This document shows positions 13,346 through 25,260 of a DNA stretch of 64,000 bases, one piece after another (the stretch's first letter is position 1; every line of letters begins with the position of its first letter). The DNA comes from Octopus vulgaris (Eukaryota). The position numbers and the translations under genes are program-made. The DNA lies in NCBI GenBank assembly GCA_951406725.2, contig OX597837.1, positions 13,826,001 through 13,890,000 of the forward strand. Reading direction: 5' to 3'. A model generated the notes under the pieces. It had not been told where the DNA came from. It saw only the letters and a list, made by a program, of their open reading frames with translations, and searched no databases.

Positions 13346-16189
13346 ATACTTAAATCTCAGTTTAGGGGTGCCCACCCACACACCTACCAAATACGATATC
13401 ACCATCAGGACATTGGAAACAAGCTTTCTTAGGGGGTTCCCTGATCAAAGTAACCCCCAGCCCCACCCTGTCTTGTTTTCTACTTACCACATCATTAGCC
13501 TTGACTAAGTTAAGGGCTTTCAATTCCAGGTTTGCTTTCCTGGCAAGAGTCCCCTCTCCAAAAAGGGACAAGGTCATCAGCATACAGGTGTTCCCTACGA
13601 GGGATGGACTGGGATGACTAGAATGAAGTGCACGGGGCCGAGAAAGGAATCATTATGGACCCCTATTTGCATCCCAGATATGCTGCTGAACTCATTACAG
13701 ATTCTCACCAGGCTTAGAGTAGACACACTTGCCCAAGGTGTCATGCACCTGAAGCCCTGCAGTTGCAAAATGGGATTCTTAACCATACAGCCAGCCATAC
13801 CTGTGACTAGGTAGGAATCAGGTTAGTGGTCCTCAGCAGGTTCTCATGTAGAAACTAGTTTTCTGGAAGTTTCTACTCTTCCCCCTTTTTGTTTTATGCC
13901 AAATTGTTCTTATCTATGACTGTCTGAAGGGTTTTTCACCTTCCATGTTTTCTCGCTCCAAATTTCCATATAAATCCAAGCCACTCTGGTTTCAGGTTCC
14001 GTCCCTGTATGTGGCACCTTGGATCAGCATCACACTAAAGCCCTGTGAGTGGATATGGTAGACCGAAACTGAAAGAAGTTCCGTGTGTGTTTCTTTGTCT
14101 TGACTGGACGTGTAGTTGTTGTAAACGAATGTCATTCCTTTCCAATATTCTGTGAAGACATGTCTACTCATCAGGAAATATTTACCTTGCTTGGAAACAG
14201 GTAAACGTTGAGAGTAGGAAGGTTACCTGGCGATAGAGAGCCTGCCTCGAACTTCACCTGGCCCATGGAAGCATGGAAAAGTGAAAATTAAAACAATGAT
14301 GATGACAAGTCTAGCTCTTTGATTAGTTGTTAAAAATTCCAAAATATGTTGAGTGAGAATAAAGTCTTGTAAGTTCACCTGACAGGTAGGTGATTAGGTG
14401 GTTGGCTGGTTTCTTGAAATTCAGACTCCAAATGGGTCATTTGCATTACAGAATTCCAAGAGCTTTGATCCTTTCTCAATTCTAGCACCATGTGCAAAAA
14501 GAAAAAAAATCATGATTCTGACCAACACATCCATTAAAATCCATTTAAATTGCCATGTATGGTGAATGAAGCCACTGCTATTTATCAATGTATTCTACAT
14601 GAGGGCCATGTGGAAGTGGTCTCTGTTCATCTGCCGACCAGACTATGGTCTACATGCAGAGATAACTTGCTGTTGCCTTGTCTATGACAAGTCTATCCAT
14701 CCATCTCCCACCATTCCTGGAATGGTCCTCAGGGACCCCCTCCTCCATATGGGTCCAACTGTTAAGTAACCAGCATCAGGCTTTCCTGCAAGATTCCCAA
14801 GAATGACCAACAGAGACTCTGGACATTATCCAACTACCTCACATTTGCTCTACCCCCCCCCCCTGATCTCTCCTGCTCTTTGGCTCAGTTTCAGGAATAC
14901 ATCTACCAATTCTTTCCTATGACATCCTAATCACGTCTATTGTACAGGAGCTAGAATCTCTCAATGTGGAAAAGTAGCAGCTCATCTTTGTCGTTGTTAC
15001 AATTTCTTTCTCTTTTTTTAAATAATTTTGTTCCAATTGTTTACAAATCTGGTGAACCAGTTTAGCTTTGTATACTAATTATGAAAATGAAATTCATTTT
15101 TGCCACAAATTAATAGCTTTTCGGTAATTTTAGCCAATCAAAAGGTACCAACATATTGGTGCCTGTTTCCGTAGTAACGTAAGCAAAGCTGTAGTCTGCT
15201 GCTGCCTCAGCCATCATCACTGCTACATTTGTGTTCTTTGAGCCTGTGTAAATTCTTTGATGACGAGTCAAACCCTAATCCTAATGTACGGTTTGTTTTG
15301 TTTTTTGGAGGATTTTTTTTCTCATGGCCACAAGGATTCCGGTTGATTCTCAGTGTCAGCGAGAATGCTGGAAATCCTAAGACACAAGTTTGCCATTACC
15401 TTCTGCTGGAGCCGCGTGGAGCTTAGGTATTTCGCTCATAAACACACACGTCGCCCGGTTTGAGATTCGAACCTGCGATCCCTCAACCACAAGTCCACTG
15501 CTCTAACCACTAGGCCATGTGCCTCCAACCATACTGTTGCATGATATTGAGAGATTGAATGTGATATTTACTATATATTACTATATATAAACTGCCACGG
15601 ACAATACTGGTGACATAAAAAGTACCCACTACACTCTTGGAATGGTTGACATTAGGAAGGGCATCCAGCCGTAGAAACCAAGCCAAAATCAGACAGGGGT
15701 CTGGTACAGCACTCCGGTTTACCAGTTCCAGTCAAGCTGTCTAACCCACACCAGTATGGAAAGCCGACACTAAAAGGCAATGGTGATTACTTAACAACAA
15801 GAAGGATTAAGACTCTGGCCATGATACGACTACCTTCAAAACTACGGTCAGTTATATCAACCCACCACTTGAATAGTAATCAGTTTATCAACAGCAAAAG
15901 TGGCCTGGCAGGATTTGAACCCCAAATGTAACCAAATATCAAAAAGTTCTGTCCAACGCTCTCCTGACTCTGCAAGTCTTATCCAGCCAAATATCTTCTC
16001 TGACCACTTTTGTTTGGCAAGCTGTGATAATCTTTTGCTATTTATGGGAGCCAAAGAATCGCCAAATTGAACAAGTATATCTAAATTCACCCATGTTAAG
16101 AAAATATTAAAATTGTAATGTTTTTAAATATGAAAGAATATATTCTTATCGTCTTGTCAAAATTACATTAAATAAGGCCTCTCTCAAAC

Positions 16190-16632
16190 ATCCCACCAAT
16201 CACATCGAATGCGCCCCATCGTCTCGTCAACCATCACATCGAACACGTTCCATTGTCTTGACAACCATCACATCGAACATGCTCCATCGTCTCGTCAACC
16301 ATCACATCGAACACGTCCCATTGTCTTGACAACCATCACATCAAACATGCCCCATCGTCTCGTCAACCATCACATCAAACATGCCCCATCGTCTCGTCAA
16401 CCATCACATCAAACATGCCCCATCGTCTCGTTAAACACCACATTAAACATGCCCCATCGTCTTGACAACCATCATATCAAACATGCCCCATCGCCTCGTC
16501 AACCATCACATCAAACATGCCCCATCGTCTCGTTAAACACCACATTAAACATGCCCCATCGTCTTGACAACCATCACATCAAACATGCCCCATCGCCTCG
16601 TCAACCATCACATCAAACATGCTCCGTCTCAT
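16190..16632. repeat. 34-bp minisatellite, ~13 copies, with a 102-bp higher-order unit
   Basis: Unit aaccatcacatcaaacatgccccatcgtctcgtc. A three-monomer block containing the ttaaacaccacatt variant occurs twice. Confidence 0.92.
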
Positions 16633-16757
16633 CAGACATACCCTTTTGCCTCATCACACAGTATTACACTAAATATGCTCTATCATCTATATTAAGTGAA
16701 GGATTTAGGTCCTGCACAAGAGAAATGAATTCAGGATATAAATAATGTTAACATATT

Positions 16758-16970
16758 TTTATCTACTCTAGGCACAAGGCCCGTAAATTTGAGGGAGGTG
16801 GCCAGTCGATAAGATCGACCCCAGTACACAACTGGTACTTAATTTATCGACCCCAAGAGGATGAAAGGCAAAGTCGACCTCTGTGGAATTTGAACTCAGA
16901 ACGTAAAGACAGGCGAAATACCGCTAAGCATTTTGCCCAGTGTGCTAACGTTTCTGCCAGCTTGCTGCCC
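16758..16970 (-). mobile_element. SINE family B (alternative tail) with a 19-bp TSD
   Basis: TSD taaataatgttaacatatt at 16739-16757 and 16971-16989. Confidence 0.88.
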
Positions 16971-17091
16971 TAAATAATGTTAACATATTGGCTACAACAC
17001 GAGAGCCCTACATGTTTTTGTTCCATCCATTGTCGCCACCTGCTATTTTTGAGAGGGTCGTTGGGGTAGGATTCTCCAAAGCAACCATCTT

Positions 17092-17507
17092 GGGATCTTT
17101 TCGGTTTGAACGGCAGTTTTTTCTAGCGGTGTCATATGAAATTGTCACCCATAATTATGACCCTAGTATCAATCTATTGCATTTCAATCTGTTTTAGGGT
17201 TAGGGTTGCGGGGAAGGGTATCTTTTTTTCTTCACAAATGTAAATAAACCCAATCTGTTTCTTAAACAAGGGACATTTTCATATGGCACAGAATGCTTTT
17301 TAACTCAATAGACGCCAGTGATTGGTTGAAATTGCAGAAATTGAAGAAAAAAAACAACAACAAATATCTTATAGACCATAGAATTTTCTCTAGAAAGCCA
17401 AGAGAAAAAGATGTTTTATAAACACATTCTACCAGTATACGAAGTTTAAAAGTGTTTAGTTACAAAGAAATTGTGTTAAAAACTGCCGGTCAAACCGAAA
17501 AGACCCC
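17092..17507. mobile_element. MITE with ~29-bp TIRs, a 6-bp TSD and internal TTAGGG repeats
   Basis: TIRs gggatcttttcggtttgaacggcagtttt / aaaactgccggtcaaaccgaaaagacccc; catctt on both flanks; ttagggttagggtt at ~17194-17207. Confidence 0.85.
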
Positions 17508-18760
17508 CATCTTGTCCTTGTACCCTAATAGAATCAACTGGCAACAAAGTCTGCTAACCAGTCGCTCAATGCACAGAATAAGAATCTTTGCCAACTCTAC
17601 CAAAAAATGAAGATGGATTGGGGTTGTTGGTGGTGGGCAGGAAACTAATATGCCAGCTGCATTTATTAGTTGCAATCTAACGAGGAAATTATTTTAGCTG
17701 CCATTCAAAGAGGCTGATTTAAGGTGGATTAAGATTTCAAAGATAGATTGACTTAGCAGTAGCAGATATTTTCTTTTGGTGATGCAATAGGTGCAGGTAA
17801 GGTTCCAGGTGTGAAGTCACTGCAAGTGGCTTCCAACCTAGACAAAGGTTGATCTTGTGAGTGGAATTTAGTAGAGACGTCTGGTGAAAAGGTTTGATTC
17901 ATAACCTTGTAGTTTAGGGTTCCACCCCTGAGCAGCAATGGCATCTTAGGTGTCATCAGCTAAAGCTCCAGGCTGACCAATGCCTTGGTGAGAAAATTTA
18001 CAAGACAAAACTGTGCAGAAGCCCATCATACTGTTGTGTGTATGTTACTGCTTGACACTATGTAACTTAGCCATTCAGTAAATGGTGACTGATAGAATAA
18101 GCACCAAACTTGGAAATAAGTTCTGGGGTTTGATTTTATTGCCTAGAATCTTCAAAAGTGATAAAAGACTTTGCCTTTCATCCTCTGTGGGTCAATAAAT
18201 TAAGTACCAGTTGCGTACTGGGGTCGATCTTATCAACTGGCCACCTCCCTCAAAATTACGTGCCTTGTGCTTAGAGTAGATAAGAATATGTTAACATTAT
18301 TTATATCCTGAATTCATTTCTCTTGGGTGGGACCTAAATCCTTCACTTAACATAATAGAAGGGCTCAGGCTTTGATATTGACATTTTCTGAACCACATGG
18401 TTTTGGGTTCAGTCCCACTATGCAATACCTTGGATAAGTGTCTTCTACAATAGCCCCAGGCCAACCACAGGTATTCCAGCATGGCTACAGTCCAATGATC
18501 CAAATCAGTAAAAGAATAAGGAGAGAGGGAGAGGAGAGGAGAGGAGAGCAAGCATTTGATTGTGCTTTCATGCAACCTCAGTAATTTGTTTTGTACGAGT
18601 TCACTTCAATAATGGCTCTCAATTAGTCGTTATTAATTTCAGAAGGTCGTCTGCAACCTTCCAGTCTCCAGTTCTTGTCTCCGCCATAGAAACGAAGTGA
18701 ACTTGTGACCGGCTCACTGAAAACCTGCAGCCAATTACATTATTGTTCACAAAATGCAAT

Positions 18761-19044
18761 GGCCGACCAATGCCTTGTGAGTGGATTTCGTAGACGGAAA
18801 CTGAAAGAAGCCGGTCGTATATATATATGCGTGTGTGTGTTTGTGTGTCTGTGTTTGTCCCCCTAGCATTGCTTGACAACCGATGCCGGTGTGTTTATGT
18901 CCCCGTAACTTAGTGGTTCGGCAAAAGAGACCGATAGAATAAGTACTGGGCTTACAAAAGAATAAGTCCCGGGGTCGAGTTGCTCGATTAAAGGCGATGC
19001 TCCAGCATGGCCGCAGTCAAATGACTGAAACAAGTAAAAGAGTA
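18761..19044 (+). mobile_element. SINE family A, 5'-truncated
   Basis: Homologous to the 3' two-thirds of family A. Confidence 0.8.
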
Positions 19045-20238
19045 TCAAACAACATCAGTCGAGAGCAGGGCATGAAAGCCTGTGGCTCAGAGGAGAGAGT
19101 GTGGCACCTACAATCATAGAATTGTAGTTTCAATACTTGGCCTGGGTGGTGCACCGTGTTCTTGGGCATTAACATTAAGTTTTTATGGAAATTCCCCAAG
19201 TTGAGGATTTGTAATGAAATTATGTCACGTTTTTCAGTTCACTGGCAACACAACACTATTCGTATTGTTTGCAATACAAACAAAAATGATTTTTATTTCT
19301 TTTTTTTTTACTATTTATTGGTTTCAGTCATTGGACTACAGCCATACTGGAGCACCACCTTTAGCCAAACAAATCAACCTCAGTACTTTTGGTTTTAGAA
19401 AAAGTCAGGTGTTTATTTTTGCTGAATCGCTAAGTTATGGGGACAGTTGCCAAGCAGTGAAAACACACACACACACATATATACATAGATGAAGGGCTTC
19501 CTGCTGTTTCAATATACCAAAATCCACTCATAAGGGTTTGGTTGGCCTAGGGTTATAGCATAAGACACTTGCCTAACATACCATGCAGTGGAAACTGAAC
19601 CGGAAACCTTGTGACTGGCAAGCAAACTTAGGTTCTGAAGCATAACCTACTTAGAAATTGAAACACCATCTCCAAATTGTCTATCAGCCACTCCTCGGGT
19701 GGCAGTTATGACGTGTCATTTCATTCTGACCCCACCCACCAATCACTGGTGGGATTATTGACACAAATAAGCTATTTACATTAAATAATGCTGTTGACTA
19801 ATTCATTCTCCTCTGACAAACTTGCACCTACTTGAGTCGACTCTCTGGCATTTTATTTCTTAATCATAAAAGTGTAAAAGTTGACCAACAAGATTTAACC
19901 GACAACCACAAAGCTGTGAATTTGACACAGTATCTCATCTGGACCAGAGAGTCGTGCCCGACCTTCACCGATACCGAACAATGGCTGATTGGATGTAAAT
20001 GAAAATTCTATTCAACAAAATTGAGTGCAGGTATTGCTGTACACACAGGTAGTTTGTATAGGTGAGAAATTATCTTCATAATCGCAGGGTTTCAAGTTGT
20101 ATTTCACTGTGTGACACTCTGGTTAAGTGTTATCTACTTACAGTCACAGGCCAACCAAAACCTTCTCAGTGGATTTGATAAACTTTATGGAAGCATATAG
20201 TGTGTGTGTGTGTATATATATATATATACACATATATA

Positions 20239-20418
20239 GGGAGGGTTTACGAAAAAACAAAAGACGAAGACAGGTGGTGTACAAAACAAACAGATGTATT
20301 AGTATAACGCTCAGGAATTGAAAAAGTCTTTTATGTTTTGAGCCTACGCTCTTCTACAGAAAGGGACACAGAAAAAACAAGGAGAGAAAGAAATGTGTAT
20401 AATGGCTAATGATCTATC
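20239..20418 (-). mobile_element. Short element with a degenerate hammerhead motif (20328-20363)
   Basis: Minus strand reads CTTT-CTGTAGA-a-GAGC gtag GCTC-aAAA-ca-TA-AAAG; two CpG->CpA changes restore GAAACGTA. It abuts (TA)n. Confidence 0.5.
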
Positions 20419-20671
20419 TAAATGCTTCCTTCTTGAGCCATACCAGATTCATAAGGTCCAGTTTCCTGGTTTCAGAGGCGTAGAAATTCCCCACCGGGAC
20501 AGGACGCCAGTCCACCACAGGATTACTCATTTTTGCCAGCTGAGTGGACAGGAGCAGCATGAAATGACGTGTTTTGCTCAAGAACACAATGCATCGCCTG
20601 GTACAGAAATTGAAACCACAATCTTATGTTCATGAGACCAACACCCTAACCACTGAGCCACAGACCTCCAC

Positions 20672-20707
<36 letters not shown>

Positions 20708-21217
20708 ATGTTAACCTGTTTTTGCTTGTCACTGGCTGATAGGATTCCATTCCCTGCAGACCACATGTTCCATCACTGTGGGTTTGAAGAATAAAAAAAT
20801 CCCTTACTCGAAAAACAAGGGTTGGTATTAGGAAGGGCACTACTGTCATTTTTTAAAATTTTCCCTTTTCCATGCTTGCATGGCTCAGATGGAATTTGTT
20901 GAGGGAGATTTTCTATGGCCAGAAACCCTTTCTGTCACCAAACCTCACCCGTTTCCAAGCAAGCTAACATTTCTTCAAAGCCAGACACGTTTTTTTAAGG
21001 ACAACTGGAAACAAACATCATTCGTACGAAGGATGATGCTTGTTTACAACCATCACATGTCAAGACAACACACACACATTTCTTTCGGTTTCTGCATACC
21101 AGATCCACTCACAAGGCTTTGGTTGGCCTAGGGCTATAATAGAGGACCTTTGCCCATGGTGCTGCACAGTGGGACCAAACTCGAGAGCGCATGGTAGGGA
21201 AGCTTCTTAGCTACACC

Positions 21218-21503
21218 ATCATCATTGTTTAACGTTCATTTTCCGTGCTAGTATGGGTTGGACAGTTTGACTGGGGTCTGCGAAGCCAGGAGGCTACACC
21301 AGGCTCCAGCTGGATGCCCTTCCTAATGCCAAACACTCCGTGAGTGTAGTGGATGCTTTTTACGTGTCACCGGCACAGGTGCCAGGGGCAGCTGGCAACG
21401 GTCACGATCGGTTGGTGCTTTTTACATTCCACTGGCACAGAAGCCAGACAAGGCGGCGCTGGCATCGGCCACATTCGGATGGTGCTTTTTACGTGCCACC
21501 GGT
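21218..21503 (-). mobile_element. SINE-like family C
   Basis: (cat)n tail and three tandem GGTGCTTTTTACGTGCCAC-type units. Confidence 0.78.
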
Positions 21504-22099
21504 AACTGTATCTATGGCATCCAGTTGTAAAATGCTGCCTCAAATAAGTCTCTGTTCAACCCATGCCAGCATAGAAAACCAGATATAAAAGGAACAAAGA
21601 TAATTCAATTTCCTAATTAGACTAAAAGTCTCAACTCATATATATGTTGTAAGTCTTTCAATCATTACATCCAGACATCTTAACTGATACCTATCTCTTA
21701 CACAAGAAACCCAGTCAGACACAGAACAGCCAAACACATTGGCTATATTCAGTTGCGAATATGAGATATGTAGCTCGCATGACATCTAGATTTCTGAATA
21801 TATAATCAACTCCTTTGTATGTACAACGTTTAGAAGAGAAATGGAAAAAGTAAAAAATACAGAAAACTCATTGGCAAAATATAATGATTGTGAAGATTTC
21901 ATTAAAAAGGCATGTCATGTTTACACAACAGTATCAGTCTGTCTACAAAGTTAGAGAATATGAAAAAACGTCCTGGGTTAAAGAATACTTAGGATTTGAC
22001 ATTATCTTTTACTCATTTCAGTTAGAGGACTGCAGCCATGCTGGAGCACCACCTCGATGGGTTTATAGTGAAACAACTTGACCCCAGTTCTATATTTAA

Positions 22100-22330
22100 G
22101 AGATGAGGAATTATTTACATTATTTACATTCAACGGATACTTGTCCTCATCTTGTTTGTTGTTAACACAACATTTTGGCTGATATACCCTCCAGCCTTCA
22201 TCAGGTGTCTTGGGGAAATTTCAAACCCAGATTCGAAATTTCCCCAAGAAGGCTGGAGGGTAGATCAGCCGAAACGTTGTGTCAACAACAAACAAGATGA
22301 GGACAAGTATCCATCAAATGTAAATAATGT
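22100..22330. mobile_element. Fold-back (inverted pLTR-like) element with a hammerhead motif, inserted in a SINE
   Basis: Arms 22117-22222 and 22235-22330 are reverse complements. The arm consensus is gacac-CTGATGA-a-GGCTG..CAGCC-GAAA-cg-TT-gtgtc. Flanks are degenerate duplicates (aacttgaccccagt / aatttgacccaagt). Confidence 0.7.
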
Positions 22331-22938
22331 GAAAAATTTGACCCAAGTACTTATTCTATCAGTCTTTTGCCAAACCGCTAAGTTATGGGATGTAAACAAA
22401 GCAAACACCGGTTGTCCAATAGTGTACATGGGTGTAGCATGCTTGCATGGGTCGGATGGAATTCACAGTGGTGGCTGCCTTATGGATGAATGCCCTTCCT
22501 GCTACCAACCCTCACCCATTTGCAAGTAAGGCAACATCTCCCCAAGGTCAGATATATTTTCACAGAATACTGGAAATGACAGATATTGTTTGTCTAATAG
22601 TGACACTGGTCTACAACTGTCACGTAATGGCAAGGCACAGAGACAGTAGTACACATACAGTGGGCTTCTTTCAGTTTCTGCCTACCCAATTCACTCAGAA
22701 GGTATTGGAGTACAAGATACTTGCTCAAGATGTTACACAGTGGGACTGAACCTGAAACCTTGCGGTTGTAAAGCGAGCTTCTCAATCATAGATGGCCATT
22801 GGTGTATATAAAGAAAGCTACCTGCATTTTAGGATAACACTTAATACTTTTGCTCTGGTGTTCTCATCCAGCTTACTTATTGCTCTCAGAATTCTTGGTG
22901 GAATATCAAATACTTTAAGTATCTTCATCATCATTCCT

Positions 22939-23745
22939 GAAACATGGATGCTCACTGGAAGCACTCCGTCAGTTACGACGACGAGGGTTCCGGTTGATCC
23001 GATCAATGGAACAGCCTGCTCGTGAAATTAACATGTAAGTGGCTGAGCACTCCACAGACACGTGCACCCTTAACGTAGTTCTCGGGGATATTCAGCATGA
23101 CACAGAGAGTGACAAGGCCGGCCCTTTGAAATACAGGTACAACAGAAACAGGAAGTAAAAGTGAGAGAAAGTTGTGGTGAAAGAGTACAGCAGGGATCAC
23201 CACCATCCCTGCCGGAGCCTCGTGGAGCTTTAGGTGTTTTCGCTCAATAAACACTCACAACGCCTGGTGTGGGAATCGAAACCGCGATCCTACGACCGCG
23301 AGTCCGCTGCCCTAACCACTGGGCCATTGCGCCTCCACGGATGCTCACTAAAGCATTGAAGAAGCAGTTGGATGTTTGTTATACGAGAATTCTTAGAATG
23401 GCACTCAATGTCTCCTGGAAGAATCATACAACAAATGCCGACTTGTACCAGGGACTACCAAAAGTATCCTTGAAGACACAGCATAGATGGGTGAGGCTAG
23501 CTGGACACTGCATCAGACATACCAATGAAATTACTAACAAGCTAGTACTCTGACAACCAACGGAAGGAAGAACCAGGAGAGGAGGAAGGAAGACAACCTA
23601 TATCGACAACTTGCCGGAGGATACTGGTATGGAGGGGGTACAGGAGCTGAGGACCATTATGGAAGATCGAGACGAATGGGGAAAACGTGTGGAAACAGTC
23701 TTGGGGCATCCTGGGGGACGGCCTAGATAGATAGATAAGTAGATG
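22939..23745 (+). mobile_element. RTE-clade LINE 3' fragment interrupted by a SINE
   Basis: ETWMLT|KALKKQLDVCYTRILRMALNVSWKNHTTNADLYQGLPKVS...RLAGHCIRH...LVL*QPTEGRTRRGGRKTTYIDNL, with a (taga)n tail. Confidence 0.82.
22957..23338 (-). mobile_element. Young tRNA-derived SINE with an 11-bp TSD
   Basis: TSD ggatgctcact at 22946-22956 and 23339-23349. The minus-strand head has A-box TGGCCCAGTGG and B-box GGTTTCGATTCC, and CpGs are retained. Confidence 0.9.
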
Positions 23746-24159
23746 AAAACTGAAAAGAAGCCTGTCATATGTATGTATGCATGCGAGTGTGTGTATGTTT
23801 GTGTCTCCTTGTCTTGACATCATGTGATTGTTGTAAATAAATGTTGCTGATATGCAATATCCCATGAAATGTTTAGCCATTGGGAAGTATTACCTTGTTT
23901 GGAAACAGGTGAGAGTTGTTGACAGGAAGAGTATCCAGTCGTAGAATATCAGTCTCAACAGACTTCATCCAATTCATGCAAGCATGGAAAAGTGAGTGTT
24001 GAAGCAACGACAACATATATATGCATATATCTACATGGGAACTCACTGGCTCCAAGCAATCCTGCTCCTATTAACTCTTCAGATGTAGTTGGATATCAAA
24101 CCCCAAAATGCAACCACAAGCAGTGGGAAGTCACATCTCCCTTTGAGATGCAAAAAAAC

Positions 24160-25260
24160 CTTAAGGCTGCCACTGCAGAAACTGTAGAAATGCTTGAGCA
24201 GAAATTAGATGATGTATGCTGTATGCAACAGTTGAGATGGAGGGGAGCCTCAGATGATTTCTGACAGGGTGGAGTAAATAGACTGTGGCTGAAAATTTGA
24301 TAAATAAACCAAGGTAGTCAGAGTATATGACAGAATAATTAAACTTAGTTTTGACAAACAGTTGAATTGCAACAATTTCTGCCTATGTCTAATGGTCAAA
24401 ATTGACAGATGAGCAAGAGGACTATTTCTATAAAACTTTACCACTCTTTATTTCTCTTCGCTTATTTTTGTTTAAAATAACAGAGGATATATCTTGTAAA
24501 GAGAAAAGCTGAAAGTAAAAAATTTGCCAATATTGTGAGCTCTGAAGATCAGAGGTACAGGGTATTCCAGATGTGGCAATGCATCGGCATATATTAGGAT
24601 GTTGTAGGTGAAAAGTGTGTAATGGGATGATAGGGGTACACTTGTCCTTACTGATGCTGAGGAGAAAGCATAGACAAGCAACTTTGAGAGATTGATGAAT
24701 AAAGAAAATGTGTAGAAGGGAGGACTATTTTTAGTGGATCCTAGAGAGTGACCAGCTATCGAGGTTGACAGCTCTAGGATCAAAAAGGACCATTTACCTG
24801 TTAGTATTTAAACCAGCCATATTTGGCCCAAATATTGTCTTTTGTCAAAGCTGTCTAGGTCCAGTCTCCCACACTTACCCTACAATGTTAATCTAAAAAT
24901 AAACAACCACATCTGCCAAGGTCTCAAAGCTACAAGATAATAGAGGATTCATTTTTAAAATGTTAAATAAACGTCACATCTGACAGAGTAATCTGAATGC
25001 TAAAGGGTTTAAGGATATGAAGAAAGCAGGGACCACCACAGGACCATCAGTGACAATTGCTGAAATGCTGAAAATATCTGACCAAACAGGACACATGCAA
25101 ATCAATTAGGCAGTGTGAGGAAGTGGGCATCACTAGTAATTGGTACAGCAGCATCAGGGCAGAGAAGCTGCTCTAGAAAGAAGCAACAACATCATCAAGT
25201 TAGTGTACCAAGTTATGAAAGTGACAGAGTTATAGCATAGCTAATTAAGAAGAGAATTAG
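24160..25260 (+). mobile_element. Highly degenerate RTE-type ORF fragments
   Basis: ETVEMLEQKLDDVCCMQQLRWRG resembles an APE N-terminus, and KAGT..GPS..IAEMLK resembles the pre-RT motif. A MITE interrupts the fragments. Confidence 0.45.

Noticed and set aside
16209-16745. 178-aa ORF
   Set aside because: It is a translation of the 34-bp minisatellite, antisense within an intron.
17194-17207. Interstitial telomere
   Set aside because: Only about two units, internal to a MITE.
23255-23338. tRNA gene
   Set aside because: It has A/B boxes but continues into a SINE body bounded by a TSD, so it is a SINE head.
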